Below, one piece after another: positions 1-10,066 of a stretch of DNA of 64,000 bases. The DNA lies in NCBI GenBank assembly GCA_039804105.1, contig JBDRZU010000001.1:1152001-1216000 (forward strand). The letters are read 5' to 3'. The stretch comes from a candidate division WOR-3 bacterium (lineage in GTDB: Bacteria > Hydrothermota > 32-111). The translations under genes were made by a program, and so were the position numbers. Below the pieces are notes generated by a model. The model saw only the letters and a list, made by a program, of their open reading frames with translations. It did no database searches and was not told the DNA's origin. Every line of letters starts with the position of its first letter. Position 1 is the first letter of the stretch.

Positions 1-552
1 GATTTCATATTTTTCAAACAAATATAAATTTAAACTTCCAAGATAGGACGAAATATTTGCAATCGTTGCAACTGAAATCCATGCAAGATATATACTAACT
101 GGAGTTTTTACAAAAACCAAACTTTCACTAAAATCTTTTTTTCCGATTCCAAGTTTTATGTACAGAATTATCAAAGTTACAAGTAACAATATGATTACAA
201 TAACAGATAGTAACAATCTTTCGTAATGCCAGCAGAAAAGCCATAAAACATTGAAAACCGAGGAAAGAAAAAATAAAAATCCAATTTTTTCAATTAAAAA
301 TTTCCTTCTATCATCCTTTGAAAAAATAACAAAAAATTGGTTTAAAACAAACATGGTTAAAAGAATATATATTATAATCCATATCGAAAATGTTACATTG
401 TAGGGAACTATCAAAGCAGGATATTTGTCTGAAACATCTTGAGGTCTTTTTGAGTTCAATGGAAGATTAACAGAAATAAAATTGAAAAATATCATTAATA
501 TAAAAGATAAAAAATTTAAAATAGCAAGAAAAAAAATTTTAAAATTCTTCAT
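1..552 (-). CDS. Tryptophan-rich sensory protein (TspO/MBR-like) membrane protein, partial (runs off window)
   Basis: Not in ORF track. Manual translation from ATG at 552 (preceded by GGGGAAGGA) gives MKNFKIFFLAILNFLSFILMIFFNFISVNLPLN..DVSDKYPALIVPYNVTFSIWIIIY..PVSIYLAWISVATIANIS, motifs typical of this family. Confidence 0.7.
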   Translation of the reverse strand, partial: MKNFKIFFLAILNFLSFILMIFFNFISVNLPLNSKRPQDVSDKYPALIVPYNVTFSIWIIIYILLTMFVLNQFFVIFSKDDRRKFLIEKIGFLFFLSSVFNVLWLFCWHYERLLLSVIVIILLLVTLIILYIKLGIGKKDFSESLVFVKTPVSIYLAWISVATIANISSYLGSLNLYLFEKYEI

Positions 553-571
553 TCCTTCCCCCTATATTAAA

Positions 572-2131
572 TCATTGGTAAAGAGATCTATCAACTTTTA
601 AAAGCATATAATATGGCCTTTCTTCAACAGTATAGGCATAAGAAAAATATCCTTTATAAGTTTTTATAAAAACATTTATAGTTAAATTAGCATGTCTGTA
701 TGGATTTTCAGTATTTTCAAAAACAACATAGGAAACATTGTTTTTTCTCATATAGTTTATAACAGTTGAATCATCATAGGTGTATGGGAAAAGAACCGTT
801 TTTCGATCAGAATAAAGATAAAAAAGTTCAGGTTTTACAGTCATTATAACAGCATCCTCTTCAGTATTCTCACGTGCCCAGATCGCAAGGTCAAAAAATG
901 TCCTTATTCCAAGTTCTGGTCTGAATCTGTTATCATTTCTAAAATTGAAATCTGTTTCAGAAAGCATATACATCTTTCTTGGTATATCAGAAACAAGATA
1001 AGAAATGTTTAGTACGATAGATATTATCAAAAAAACATAGAAAAGATTCAAAACCAATTCCTTTTTGAATTTAATTTTTAAAACAACAACTGATATCAAT
1101 ATCAAGAAAATGGAAAAAAATGGAGCAAAGAATCTATCGGTTGAAAAATATTCCGGCCATATAAGAAGTAAAATGAAATTTAAAAGTAAAAATGAAACTT
1201 CAAAAATATATTTTTTTTCATAAAAGGAAACAAATATTGAACCTATAAACAAAGAAAAAGGAATAATCACAAATGGAACATAATACCATTTTAAATCGAT
1301 GTTTGCCGAAAATGTTCTTGGAATTATAGTTGTAAAATATGTTAGAAAATTAAGAAAAATTCGTTGAAAAAATATTTTTATTGAAATATAACCTTCCTGT
1401 GGAAGATAAATGTTTCTATAGAATACCTGCTGGAAATAAGAGGATGTATGTCCTGTTTTTAAATAAACATAAAAAGCCCATATCTGACTTATCAAAAGGA
1501 AAATCGTAGTTAACAAAAAAAGTTTTTTCTTTCTTTCGCACAAAACAAGATATAAAAAAATTGCTATAAAAACTATTGCTCCATTTCCTCTTGTAAAAGT
1601 TGAAAGTGTACAAAAAATAAGAAAAATAATGAAATCGGTTTCTCTTTGACTTTCTTGATATCTCGCAAAGAAATAGAATATAAGAAGAACAAGGAGTGTA
1701 AAAAATGATTCTGTTAGAATGAGTGATGACCACTCAACAATATTTCTTGCAAATAAAAAAAGTAGGATTATCAGGATATTTAAAAATTTATTTCTGATAT
1801 ATTTATTCAAAAGATGGAAAAATACAAAAACTGAAAGTAAATAAAAAAACAGAGAAAACATTTTCATCATAAAAATATTTTCTCTACCAAAAATGAGCAT
1901 AACAAAAGAAAGGACAAGAGGGAAAAGGGGAGGATACTGTTTATGTAGATCTTCTTCAACAGTGTTTATTTCTCTCATGAACTTCCCTTCCAAAATCGAC
2001 CGCCCAAGCATTATATATCTTGCATTATCTCCACCTTGATTAGGTAATATATCAAAATTTAACATTCCCCATATAAAAGCAAGAAAAATAACAATTATAA
2101 GTAAAATATTTTGCTTTAAAATTTTTACCAT
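572..2131 (-). CDS. GT-C fold polytopic membrane glycosyltransferase (ArnT/PMT/GT39-like)
   Basis: 519 aa with many TM segments, GGDNARY acidic loop after TM1, YPPLFPL motif, LTESFF, DRFFAP. Confidence 0.7.
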   Translation of the reverse strand: MVKILKQNILLIIVIFLAFIWGMLNFDILPNQGGDNARYIMLGRSILEGKFMREINTVEEDLHKQYPPLFPLVLSFVMLIFGRENIFMMKMFSLFFYLLSVFVFFHLLNKYIRNKFLNILIILLFLFARNIVEWSSLILTESFFTLLVLLIFYFFARYQESQRETDFIIFLIFCTLSTFTRGNGAIVFIAIFLYLVLCERKKKLFLLTTIFLLISQIWAFYVYLKTGHTSSYFQQVFYRNIYLPQEGYISIKIFFQRIFLNFLTYFTTIIPRTFSANIDLKWYYVPFVIIPFSLFIGSIFVSFYEKKYIFEVSFLLLNFILLLIWPEYFSTDRFFAPFFSIFLILISVVVLKIKFKKELVLNLFYVFLIISIVLNISYLVSDIPRKMYMLSETDFNFRNDNRFRPELGIRTFFDLAIWARENTEEDAVIMTVKPELFYLYSDRKTVLFPYTYDDSTVINYMRKNNVSYVVFENTENPYRHANLTINVFIKTYKGYFSYAYTVEERPYYMLLKVDRSLYQ

Positions 2132-2137
2132 TTTTAT

Positions 2138-2166
2138 ATTATCTTTTTAATCTTCAGAAATGTCAA
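2138..2166 (-). promoter_or_regulatory. Sigma70-type promoter, probably leaderless transcript
   Basis: Minus strand TTGACA-17bp-GATAAT, then 6 nt to ATG (2131); no SD. Confidence 0.55.
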
Positions 2167-2224
2167 GTATTTTTCTCTTTAAAACTATTTTTTTTCAATT
2201 ATAATTAATCGAAAAGGGGGATAT

Positions 2225-5200
2225 TTGGAAAAAAATTTTTTCATCGATATCTCAGGTTTTACAAAAACAACTGAAGAATTAATTCAAAATTCAAAATATG
2301 GTGCAGAAATAATTACAGACATTGTAAATGTTATATTTGGACAAACGATTGAAAAAATTTATCAGAATAATGGTTATGTTTTACTTTTTGCTGGTGATGC
2401 CATAATGATCAACATTGAAGAATCCTTGTTACCAAATATAGAAAATTCTTTAAAAGAAAATATCGAAAATTTAAATAAAAAGATTGGAATTAATCTTGGT
2501 TTTAAAACAGAAACACTCGATAAAATTTACAATCCACATTTGATAGAGTGTAAAAAAAGAAATTTTCTTTTCTTCCATCCTGACAATTCAAAAATCTTTT
2601 ATTCTGAGATAAAAGATACTATAAACCTTGAATATCCTGAGATAATAAAAGAACTCAAACTTAAAAATTTTCAAGGAGAATTAAGAGAGATTCCAGCATC
2701 TTTTATAAACATTTCAAAAAAATATACTGTTGAGAATTTAAAAATTTTTTTACGGGAGTTGATAAACGATGCAGATGAAAACAAAATCTATGTTAACAAA
2801 ATAGAATATGCTGATAAAGGATGGAACATTCTCGTTGTCTCGGGACTTCCAGAATCAATTGAAAACGCACATTACAAACTGATAGTTTTTTTGAAAAGGG
2901 TTTTGGATTTAGCAAAAAAATCGGGAATCGATATAAAAATTGGATGTACTTTAAATAAAGGTTTTGCAGGTTTTGTTGGTACAGACAGGAGATGGGAATA
3001 TACATTTATCGGAGGAAATATAAATCTCGCCGCAAGAATAGCTTTCAAGACAAAAGAAAATTCTATCTATACAGATGTAAATTTTTTCAAAGCTCTTTCA
3101 GAAAAATTTGATTTTCAATTTATTGATAAATTTGAATTCAAAGGTTTTAATGAAAAAATACAGGTTTTTAATCTGCTCGAAGAAAAAAAAGAAAAACACA
3201 TTTACATTTACATTGAGCGTGATGAAGAGCTGAAAAGTGCGTTAAAAATATTACAACATGATGGTATTATCCTTTTTTTGGAGGGGGGTGGTGGAGTAGG
3301 AAAAACAACTTTTCTTTTTGATCTTTTATCAAAATGTAATCAAAATTTTATCAGAATTATCTCTGATGATAAAAGACAACCTTATTCATTGATAATTTCA
3401 TTGATTGAAAAATTGAAAAATTTTAATTTTCAAAATATAAATGATCAAAAATTAATTTTTGGAATTGATAGGTTTTTAGATATTGAAAACAAATTCAAGT
3501 TTTTCGTTAAAAATATAGATGAGAGAATTTTACTTGTTTTTGATGACTCCCATCTTGTTGATGATGAATCATTAACCCTGCTAAAGTGGGCTTTTTACAA
3601 TAAAAATGAAAATCTTTCGTTTATATTCTCTGGAAGAGACATTTCGAAATTTGAATTCTCTAAATCAAAACTTTCAGGATATAAATTTGAAGTTATAAAA
3701 TTAAAAAATTTTAATGAAGATCAAACAAAAGAATTTGTAGAAAGATTTTTATCATTAAAAGTAAAAGATAAAGATGTTTTAAATTTTTATAAAATTTCTG
3801 AAGGAAATCCTTTATATTTGTATCAGTTTTTAACTTTTTTAAAAAATGAAGAGTATTTCAAAAATAAGGATGGAAATTTACTGTTAAATATAGATCTTGA
3901 AAAAGTTCCATATTCTTTAAAAGAACTTGTCCTTCTAAAATTTGATAAACTTCCTGAAAAAACAAAAGATTTTATTGAAACTGGAACACTTTTAGGAGAT
4001 GAATTTAAAAATAAAATAGTTTTAAATTCCATAAATGTTGACGAAAAAAATTTTTCAACAATATCGTATCCTGCATTACAAAACAAACTCATCACACAAA
4101 AAGATCAATTTGTTTCCAGATTTTATCATTCACTTGTAAAAGAAATAATTCAAGATAGAATGATAAAAAAAAGGATAGAACAGATTTCTAAAAAAATTGC
4201 TGATGAATTAAAGAAATTTACAGATGACCCATATTCTTTATTGCAATCTGCTGATTTTTATTTTCTTGCACTTGATATCAAAAACTCTTACGAATGTTAT
4301 ATCTGTTCATTCAACCTTTTTTATAAACAGAAAAACTATGAATATTGTGTTCATATATTAAAGAAATTGTTTTCATTAAGTGAAATCTCTTTAGATGAAA
4401 AATATAAACTTTTTTCGCTCTTCAGCAAAATCTCAAAAGTAAAAATGAACTTAGAATTGTTAAAAAATGTAACTCGAAGTTTTTGGGAAATTGTTGAAAA
4501 GAAAAATGATTTTGAAAAAGAGTATATTGAAGATATTATTGATTCTCTCTTATACTTCGCTCGCGATTTGAACAACTCTTCAAAAATTCTTGAAATCTAC
4601 AAAAGCAAATTTGGTCAAAATTTTTATTACTTAAAAACACTCCTTAAGCTTTATGAATTTAAAGGTGAAGAGATTCCAAAATCTAAAGAAATTTTAAAAA
4701 AAATAAGAAAATTACAGATGACAAAAAAAGAATTTTTTTTATATAAAATTCTTGTTGCTACCTATTATTTCTTTTATACTTTAAAGAAAAATATTGTTTA
4801 CAAAACTATAAAGGAACTTGATTTTTTAAAAAATGATATTAAAAACAAAGATCTACTAGTAAACTATTACTCTTTTTTAAAATCTTTTTATCTACATACA
4901 AACAGGTTGAATGAAGCGGAAAAGGTTATAAAAAAACTTTTAAAATACAATAAACTTATTGATAGAGCAGATATTTTTAATGATCTTGCAATAATCTATT
5001 CAAACAGATTTTATGTTACAAAAGATTTTAAAAACTTAAATATTGCAACAAAATATCAAAAAAAAGCATACAGTATCCTTAAATATGATATGAAACTAAA
5101 CGATTTACCTCTTATCACAACAAATCTGGCTGTTAACTATTCACATTCAGGAAATGTTCAAAAGATGTTAAAATATCTCTATGAGGGATTACTTTATGGA

Positions 5201-5953
5201 TTAGAAATTGATCATCCAGTAGAAACACCCTATAATTATGTCCTTTTAATGCTTTTCATTTATCAAAGAGGTTGTCATAATTTAGGATATAAACTCAACG
5301 ATTTTATTTTAAACTACAAATATCAAATTGATATCTCTGTTGATACTTTAATAATAAAATATTTTGAAACAGGGGATGTGTCATATTTAAAAAAAGCAAA
5401 TTATTATTTAAAAAGGTTGCTTTTAAGAGAAAATACTCCTCCCTACACGATCTATCTTGAACTTTATTTCAATAAATTCTATTTTGATGATAACAAAAAA
5501 GGAATGTTAAGATTGAAAAAAAAGATTGAAAATTTTGAAAAAACTTCAAGATTGAGAGAATCAACAATTTTTAAACTAAAATTAACCAAATGTGTTATCG
5601 ATATTGAAAATAAAATTATTGACGAAAAAAATATCGCAAAAATTTTAAAGGAAATTGAAAATCAAAAATATATCAGTTTAGTTTCTTCACAATTATACTT
5701 TTCCACTGCAAAATCGTTTTATGAAAAAAGTGATCCAAAGTTTTTAGATTACCTTTTAAAATCCCATAAAATTGCTAAAAAGTTATGTTATTTCAATATG
5801 TGTAGGTATATTGAGAATTATTGTATTCAGAATAATATTCTTAGAAGAAAATTTGCAAAAGAGAATTTAAAAACATTAAAAACGATAGATGAAATGAACA
5901 AGATTAATGAACTTGAAACTTTTGTTAACTGGTTTTTAAATCTAACATATTGA
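2225..5953 (+). CDS. Class III nucleotide cyclase (tandem domains) fused to STAND/AAA_16 NTPase and C-terminal helical/TPR-like region
   Basis: FFIDISGFT..FAGDA (cyclase metal ligands); second domain ADKG..FAGFVG..RWEYTFIGGNINLAARI; Walker A LEGGGGVGKT; Walker B LLVFDDSH; EGNPLY motif; TTG start with AAAAGGGGG SD. Confidence 0.8.
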   Translation: MEKNFFIDISGFTKTTEELIQNSKYGAEIITDIVNVIFGQTIEKIYQNNGYVLLFAGDAIMINIEESLLPNIENSLKENIENLNKKIGINLGFKTETLDKIYNPHLIECKKRNFLFFHPDNSKIFYSEIKDTINLEYPEIIKELKLKNFQGELREIPASFINISKKYTVENLKIFLRELINDADENKIYVNKIEYADKGWNILVVSGLPESIENAHYKLIVFLKRVLDLAKKSGIDIKIGCTLNKGFAGFVGTDRRWEYTFIGGNINLAARIAFKTKENSIYTDVNFFKALSEKFDFQFIDKFEFKGFNEKIQVFNLLEEKKEKHIYIYIERDEELKSALKILQHDGIILFLEGGGGVGKTTFLFDLLSKCNQNFIRIISDDKRQPYSLIISLIEKLKNFNFQNINDQKLIFGIDRFLDIENKFKFFVKNIDERILLVFDDSHLVDDESLTLLKWAFYNKNENLSFIFSGRDISKFEFSKSKLSGYKFEVIKLKNFNEDQTKEFVERFLSLKVKDKDVLNFYKISEGNPLYLYQFLTFLKNEEYFKNKDGNLLLNIDLEKVPYSLKELVLLKFDKLPEKTKDFIETGTLLGDEFKNKIVLNSINVDEKNFSTISYPALQNKLITQKDQFVSRFYHSLVKEIIQDRMIKKRIEQISKKIADELKKFTDDPYSLLQSADFYFLALDIKNSYECYICSFNLFYKQKNYEYCVHILKKLFSLSEISLDEKYKLFSLFSKISKVKMNLELLKNVTRSFWEIVEKKNDFEKEYIEDIIDSLLYFARDLNNSSKILEIYKSKFGQNFYYLKTLLKLYEFKGEEIPKSKEILKKIRKLQMTKKEFFLYKILVATYYFFYTLKKNIVYKTIKELDFLKNDIKNKDLLVNYYSFLKSFYLHTNRLNEAEKVIKKLLKYNKLIDRADIFNDLAIIYSNRFYVTKDFKNLNIATKYQKKAYSILKYDMKLNDLPLITTNLAVNYSHSGNVQKMLKYLYEGLLYGLEIDHPVETPYNYVLLMLFIYQRGCHNLGYKLNDFILNYKYQIDISVDTLIIKYFETGDVSYLKKANYYLKRLLLRENTPPYTIYLELYFNKFYFDDNKKGMLRLKKKIENFEKTSRLRESTIFKLKLTKCVIDIENKIIDEKNIAKILKEIENQKYISLVSSQLYFSTAKSFYEKSDPKFLDYLLKSHKIAKKLCYFNMCRYIENYCIQNNILRRKFAKENLKTLKTIDEMNKINELETFVNWFLNLTY

Positions 5954-6000
5954 CTTAAATTTCTGAAAAGTTAATATTGATTTATATTTCAGGAGGTTTG

Positions 6001-7680
6001 ATGGCAAAGAGAAAACTTTTGATAAGAGATTTAACATTAAGAGATGGACAGCAATCACAGTTTGCAACACGAATGAACCAGAATCAGGTTGATAGGGTAT
6101 TACCATATTTTAAGGAAGCATCTTTTTATGCAATGGAAGTGTGGGGGGGTGCTGTTCCCGACTCTGTGATGAGATTCTTAAATGAAAATCCATGGGAAAG
6201 GCTGGAAAAGATAAAAGAAGGAATTGGTCCCAAAACAAAATTGACTGCATTATCAAGAGGAAGAAATCTTTTTGGATACAATCCATATCCTGACAGTGTA
6301 ATCGAAGGTTTTTGCAGAAATGCTATCAAATCTGGTATAGATATAATGAGGGTTTTCGATGCATTAAACGATATAGATAATTACAAAGCAACTATAAAAT
6401 TTGTAAAAGAGAATAAAGGAATCGTTGATGGTGCTGTGTGTTATACGACTGATCCACAATTTTCATTTAAAGAAAAGTTAAAATCATTCTTCTCTTCTGA
6501 AAAATTACCTCCCAAAATATTTACAGTTGATTATTTTGTTAAAAAAGCAAAGGAACTCGAATCTCTGGGGGTTCATATGGTCACCATAAAGGATATGGCA
6601 GGATTGATTGACCCAGAGATGTCAGCAAAGATTATAAAGGGATTAAAGAAAGAATTGAATATACCTGTTGATTTACATACTCATTGCACGCCCGGTTATG
6701 GTCTCGCATCGATACTTATGGCTATAATAAATGGTGCAGATATGGTTGATACAGTAATATATAATTTTGCAGGTGGTCCTGCTGCTCCTGCTTTTGAACT
6801 TGTTAAAATTTTTGCAGATAAACTGGATATAGAGATTGATGTAAACCTCGAAGCTGTTGTAAAAATTGATAAAGAACTTAAAAAAATATGTGAAGAATTA
6901 AAACCTTTCAACACTGAATACATCTATCCAAGAGAGTTTGATATAACAAAAGATAAATTACCAGTTGAAATCGAAAAACATTTCGATAACGCTATAAACT
7001 ATGCTATTAAAAACAATTATACAAAACTTCTGGATGAAATACACAAAATTGAGGATTATTTTGGTTTTCCGAAACCAAACGAGATTGTAAAACATGCTCA
7101 AATCCCCGGTGGAATGTACACAAACATGAGATCACAACTCGAACAGGCAAAACTAATACATCTTATGGAGAGGGTTTTGCATGCAGTTCCAAAGGTTCGT
7201 CTCGATTCGGGACTTCCACCACTTGTCACTCCAACAAGTCAGATCGTTGGTGTTCAGGCAGTCAACTGTATCATAGATGAAAACAACGGAAAAGAATGGT
7301 ATACCACCAAATCAGCACAATTTGTTAATCTTGTAAAAGGATCTTATGGAAAAACACCTTATAAAATAAATCCTGAATTCAGATACAAAATTGCAGGAAC
7401 AAGAGAAGAAATACCTTATGATGTTTCAAAATATCAGAAACAGGAAAACCCTGTTCTTGAAGAGTTTGGTGGTGTTTTACTTGCCCAAAATGAAAAAGAA
7501 GAACTCTTACTTGAACTTTTCCCGAATGTTGCAAACAACTTTTTAAAGAAGGTGAGAGAAAAAGAGTTCAACGAAAAAGTACAGAAAGACCCAGATTATC
7601 TAAAAAAATTGAAAGAGAAAAACAAGGTTGATGATGGAATAGATGATGATCTATGGGATAATCTTTCATACAATATTTAA
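6001..7680 (+). CDS. Pyruvate/oxaloacetate carboxyltransferase (OadA/transcarboxylase 5S-like), no biotinyl domain
   Basis: RDLTLRDGQQS, EVWGGA, IKDMAG, HTH metal motif, QIPGGM, PPLVTPTSQIVG; start moved to ATG 6001 after AGGAGG; no EAMKM biotin motif. Confidence 0.85.
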   Translation: MAKRKLLIRDLTLRDGQQSQFATRMNQNQVDRVLPYFKEASFYAMEVWGGAVPDSVMRFLNENPWERLEKIKEGIGPKTKLTALSRGRNLFGYNPYPDSVIEGFCRNAIKSGIDIMRVFDALNDIDNYKATIKFVKENKGIVDGAVCYTTDPQFSFKEKLKSFFSSEKLPPKIFTVDYFVKKAKELESLGVHMVTIKDMAGLIDPEMSAKIIKGLKKELNIPVDLHTHCTPGYGLASILMAIINGADMVDTVIYNFAGGPAAPAFELVKIFADKLDIEIDVNLEAVVKIDKELKKICEELKPFNTEYIYPREFDITKDKLPVEIEKHFDNAINYAIKNNYTKLLDEIHKIEDYFGFPKPNEIVKHAQIPGGMYTNMRSQLEQAKLIHLMERVLHAVPKVRLDSGLPPLVTPTSQIVGVQAVNCIIDENNGKEWYTTKSAQFVNLVKGSYGKTPYKINPEFRYKIAGTREEIPYDVSKYQKQENPVLEEFGGVLLAQNEKEELLLELFPNVANNFLKKVREKEFNEKVQKDPDYLKKLKEKNKVDDGIDDDLWDNLSYNI

Positions 7681-8924
7681 TCCTTTGAAGAGGAAGATCC
7701 TGCAACGAATCCTGATGACCATGCCCATTGGAGGTTGAAACCTCCGCTTTTTCCATCAACATCGATTATTTCTCCAGAAAAGTAAAGATTTTTTATCCTT
7801 CTATGTTCAAGATCCGTTGTCAATTCGGAAAGATCAATTCCACCAGCCATAACCTGAGCATTTAAAAATCCATTATGATCTTTAATCTCAAAGGTAAATC
7901 TATGTATGTTTTTTGATATTTTCTTCACATCAAATTTTTGTAGATCTTTTATTTTACTTTTCAAATTATATCCAAGAGATTTTAAAAATATCATTCCTAT
8001 TCTTTTATTTATCCATCCTGAAAACAGTTGTTCAAGATCCCTTTCAGGAATATTTTTAATTCTAAAATTTAACTCTTCTTCGATTTCAGAATCGGTCATA
8101 TCAGGTAAAAGATCAATAAAAATTTTTACCTTTTTTCCCTCTACCAAATTTCTTACTGCTTCTCTACTGATATTCAAAATCCCATTTCCACTTATTCCAT
8201 AATCGGTAAATATTATATCATTTTTTTCACACAAAATGTTTTCACCATCAACATTCAAAATTATTCCCGCTTCCCATTTACATCCTTCCATACTTTTAAA
8301 CGGATATTCTGGATATATTTTCAGTTGTACAAGAGATGGAAAAGGTTTATTTATTTTTATCCCAAGATTTTTTAAAAACTGAAAAAACTTCTCCTCTTTT
8401 TCCTTTATTCCAGCAAGACCACCTATTGAAACAATAATTTTTTTGCAAAAAAATCTGTTTCTGTTATCCGACTCTATTAAAAATCCATCATCTCGAATTT
8501 TGATATTCTCAATCCTGTTCTCCGTAAAAAACTCTACTCCTTTCTCGTTCGAAGTAAATCTTAAAGAATCAACAACAGAAGATGCCTGTTTTGAATAGGG
8601 ATAAATTCTCCCATCATCATCTTCAAAAATTTTTATACCTATCGAAGAAAAAAACTCTAAAGTTTTTCTTTTAGGAAACTTTGATAATATTGTTCTAATA
8701 AAAAAGGGGTCACCATAATAATTTTCAAGACATTCGTTTCTATTTGTTAGATTACATTTACCATTTCCTGTTCTTAAAACCTTTTTTAAAACTCTATCCT
8801 CTTTTTCAAAAACTCCAACTTTCGTGTTTTGACTTTTAGCAAATATTGAAGCAATGACTCCAGATGCCCCTCCTCCAATTATTCCTATATCGAATTCTTT
8901 ATCAATATGATTTTTTATATCCAT
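7677..8924 (-). CDS. HI0933/BaiN-family FAD-dependent oxidoreductase
   Basis: GGGASG, TGNGKCNLTN, GRIYP, GEIIDVDGKSGGFNLQWAWSSG. Confidence 0.9.
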   Translation of the reverse strand: MDIKNHIDKEFDIGIIGGGASGVIASIFAKSQNTKVGVFEKEDRVLKKVLRTGNGKCNLTNRNECLENYYGDPFFIRTILSKFPKRKTLEFFSSIGIKIFEDDDGRIYPYSKQASSVVDSLRFTSNEKGVEFFTENRIENIKIRDDGFLIESDNRNRFFCKKIIVSIGGLAGIKEKEEKFFQFLKNLGIKINKPFPSLVQLKIYPEYPFKSMEGCKWEAGIILNVDGENILCEKNDIIFTDYGISGNGILNISREAVRNLVEGKKVKIFIDLLPDMTDSEIEEELNFRIKNIPERDLEQLFSGWINKRIGMIFLKSLGYNLKSKIKDLQKFDVKKISKNIHRFTFEIKDHNGFLNAQVMAGGIDLSELTTDLEHRRIKNLYFSGEIIDVDGKSGGFNLQWAWSSGFVAGSSSSKD

Positions 8925-8930
8925 AAATAA

Positions 8931-8956
8931 AAAAAGGGATCAAATGATCCCTTTTT
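8931..8956 (-). terminator. Intrinsic terminator after the V-ATPase/lipoprotein operon
   Basis: AAAAAGGGATC-aaat-GATCCCTTTTT hairpin with T tracts. Confidence 0.8.
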
Positions 8957-8972
8957 GATAAAAATAAAATTT

Positions 8973-9431
8973 TTATTTTGAAAGTGCTTCTTCAACTTTT
9001 TTCTGAACTTCACTGTTAACACTATCAGTTAAAGCAGCAGCGATCCACTCAAACTCTTCCGGTGTTATATTGTTCTTTTTGTAAATTTCACTTTCAATTT
9101 TTTCCCAATTACTTTTTATACTTTCAAACTCCTGTTTTATCTTATCACCTTTCTTGTCAAGATTTTCCATATCCTCATCTGAAAGATTATATTTCTTTTT
9201 AAACTCTTCAACTTTCTGACTCATCTTTTCTATTTCTAAAGTCAACTCTTTTGCAACTTTAATATATTTTTCCATTTGTTCTGGTGTTATCTTTCCATCT
9301 GCTGGTGGATTATAAACATTTTTTGCTGTTTCTTCTTTTTGAACTTTTTTCCCAATATCTTTTGCATTATCTGTTGGAGTGCAGGATATTATTAAAAAAA
9401 TTATCAATGTAAAAAACAATACTTTTTTCAT
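8973..9431 (-). CDS. Lipoprotein of unknown function (helical)
   Basis: MKKVLFFTLIIFLIISC lipobox; start at 9431 after GGAGG. Confidence 0.75.
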   Translation of the reverse strand: MKKVLFFTLIIFLIISCTPTDNAKDIGKKVQKEETAKNVYNPPADGKITPEQMEKYIKVAKELTLEIEKMSQKVEEFKKKYNLSDEDMENLDKKGDKIKQEFESIKSNWEKIESEIYKKNNITPEEFEWIAAALTDSVNSEVQKKVEEALSK

Positions 9432-9442
9432 TTTACCTCCTA

Positions 9443-10066
9443 TCAATGCTTTCTGACTATATCTTTTACTTTCATCAACCTTGTGAGATTCGATCTTTCG
9501 ATCTCAGCGAGTTTCATCGTTATATATCTTATCGTCTCTTCAAGTGAAGGTATCAATTTATACTCAAGCGCATTAACTCTTCTTCTTGTTTTATCTATCT
9601 CATCAGCAAGAAGTTGCACCTTCTTTTCCATCTGCGCAAGATGTATGAGTGTATCAAGAAACTTTTCAAACTTTAACAAAGCAAAATCCATCTCACCAGA
9701 GGTGTTTAAAAAGCCATAGCATATTATATCTCCTGATACTTCCTTTTTAAACTCAGGAACTTTAACTGACATTAAATTTTTTGTTTCAACGAGTATAGAT
9801 ACCTGTTTTGTTGGTAGTGCTAAAGATTCTTCCATCTGTTCTTTTCCAAGTTCACTTTGTGCAAGAACAAAAGATTGTAAAATCGATTGGAACTCTTTTT
9901 CTATTTCTATTCTACTTCTTTTCACCTCTTCTATCTGAGACAACATCTGTCTCATCAATTCATCCTGCTTGTCTTTTAAAAGTTTATGTCCTCTTCGTGC
10001 TATTTTTACTCTTTTTTTGAGTTTTTGCAACTCCATCCTTGTGGCATTAACATTCAGTATCATCAT
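9443..10066 (-). CDS. ntpD: V/A-type ATP synthase subunit D
   Basis: [32 protein letters not shown]. Confidence 0.95.
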   Translation of the reverse strand: MMILNVNATRMELQKLKKRVKIARRGHKLLKDKQDELMRQMLSQIEEVKRSRIEIEKEFQSILQSFVLAQSELGKEQMEESLALPTKQVSILVETKNLMSVKVPEFKKEVSGDIICYGFLNTSGEMDFALLKFEKFLDTLIHLAQMEKKVQLLADEIDKTRRRVNALEYKLIPSLEETIRYITMKLAEIERSNLTRLMKVKDIVRKH

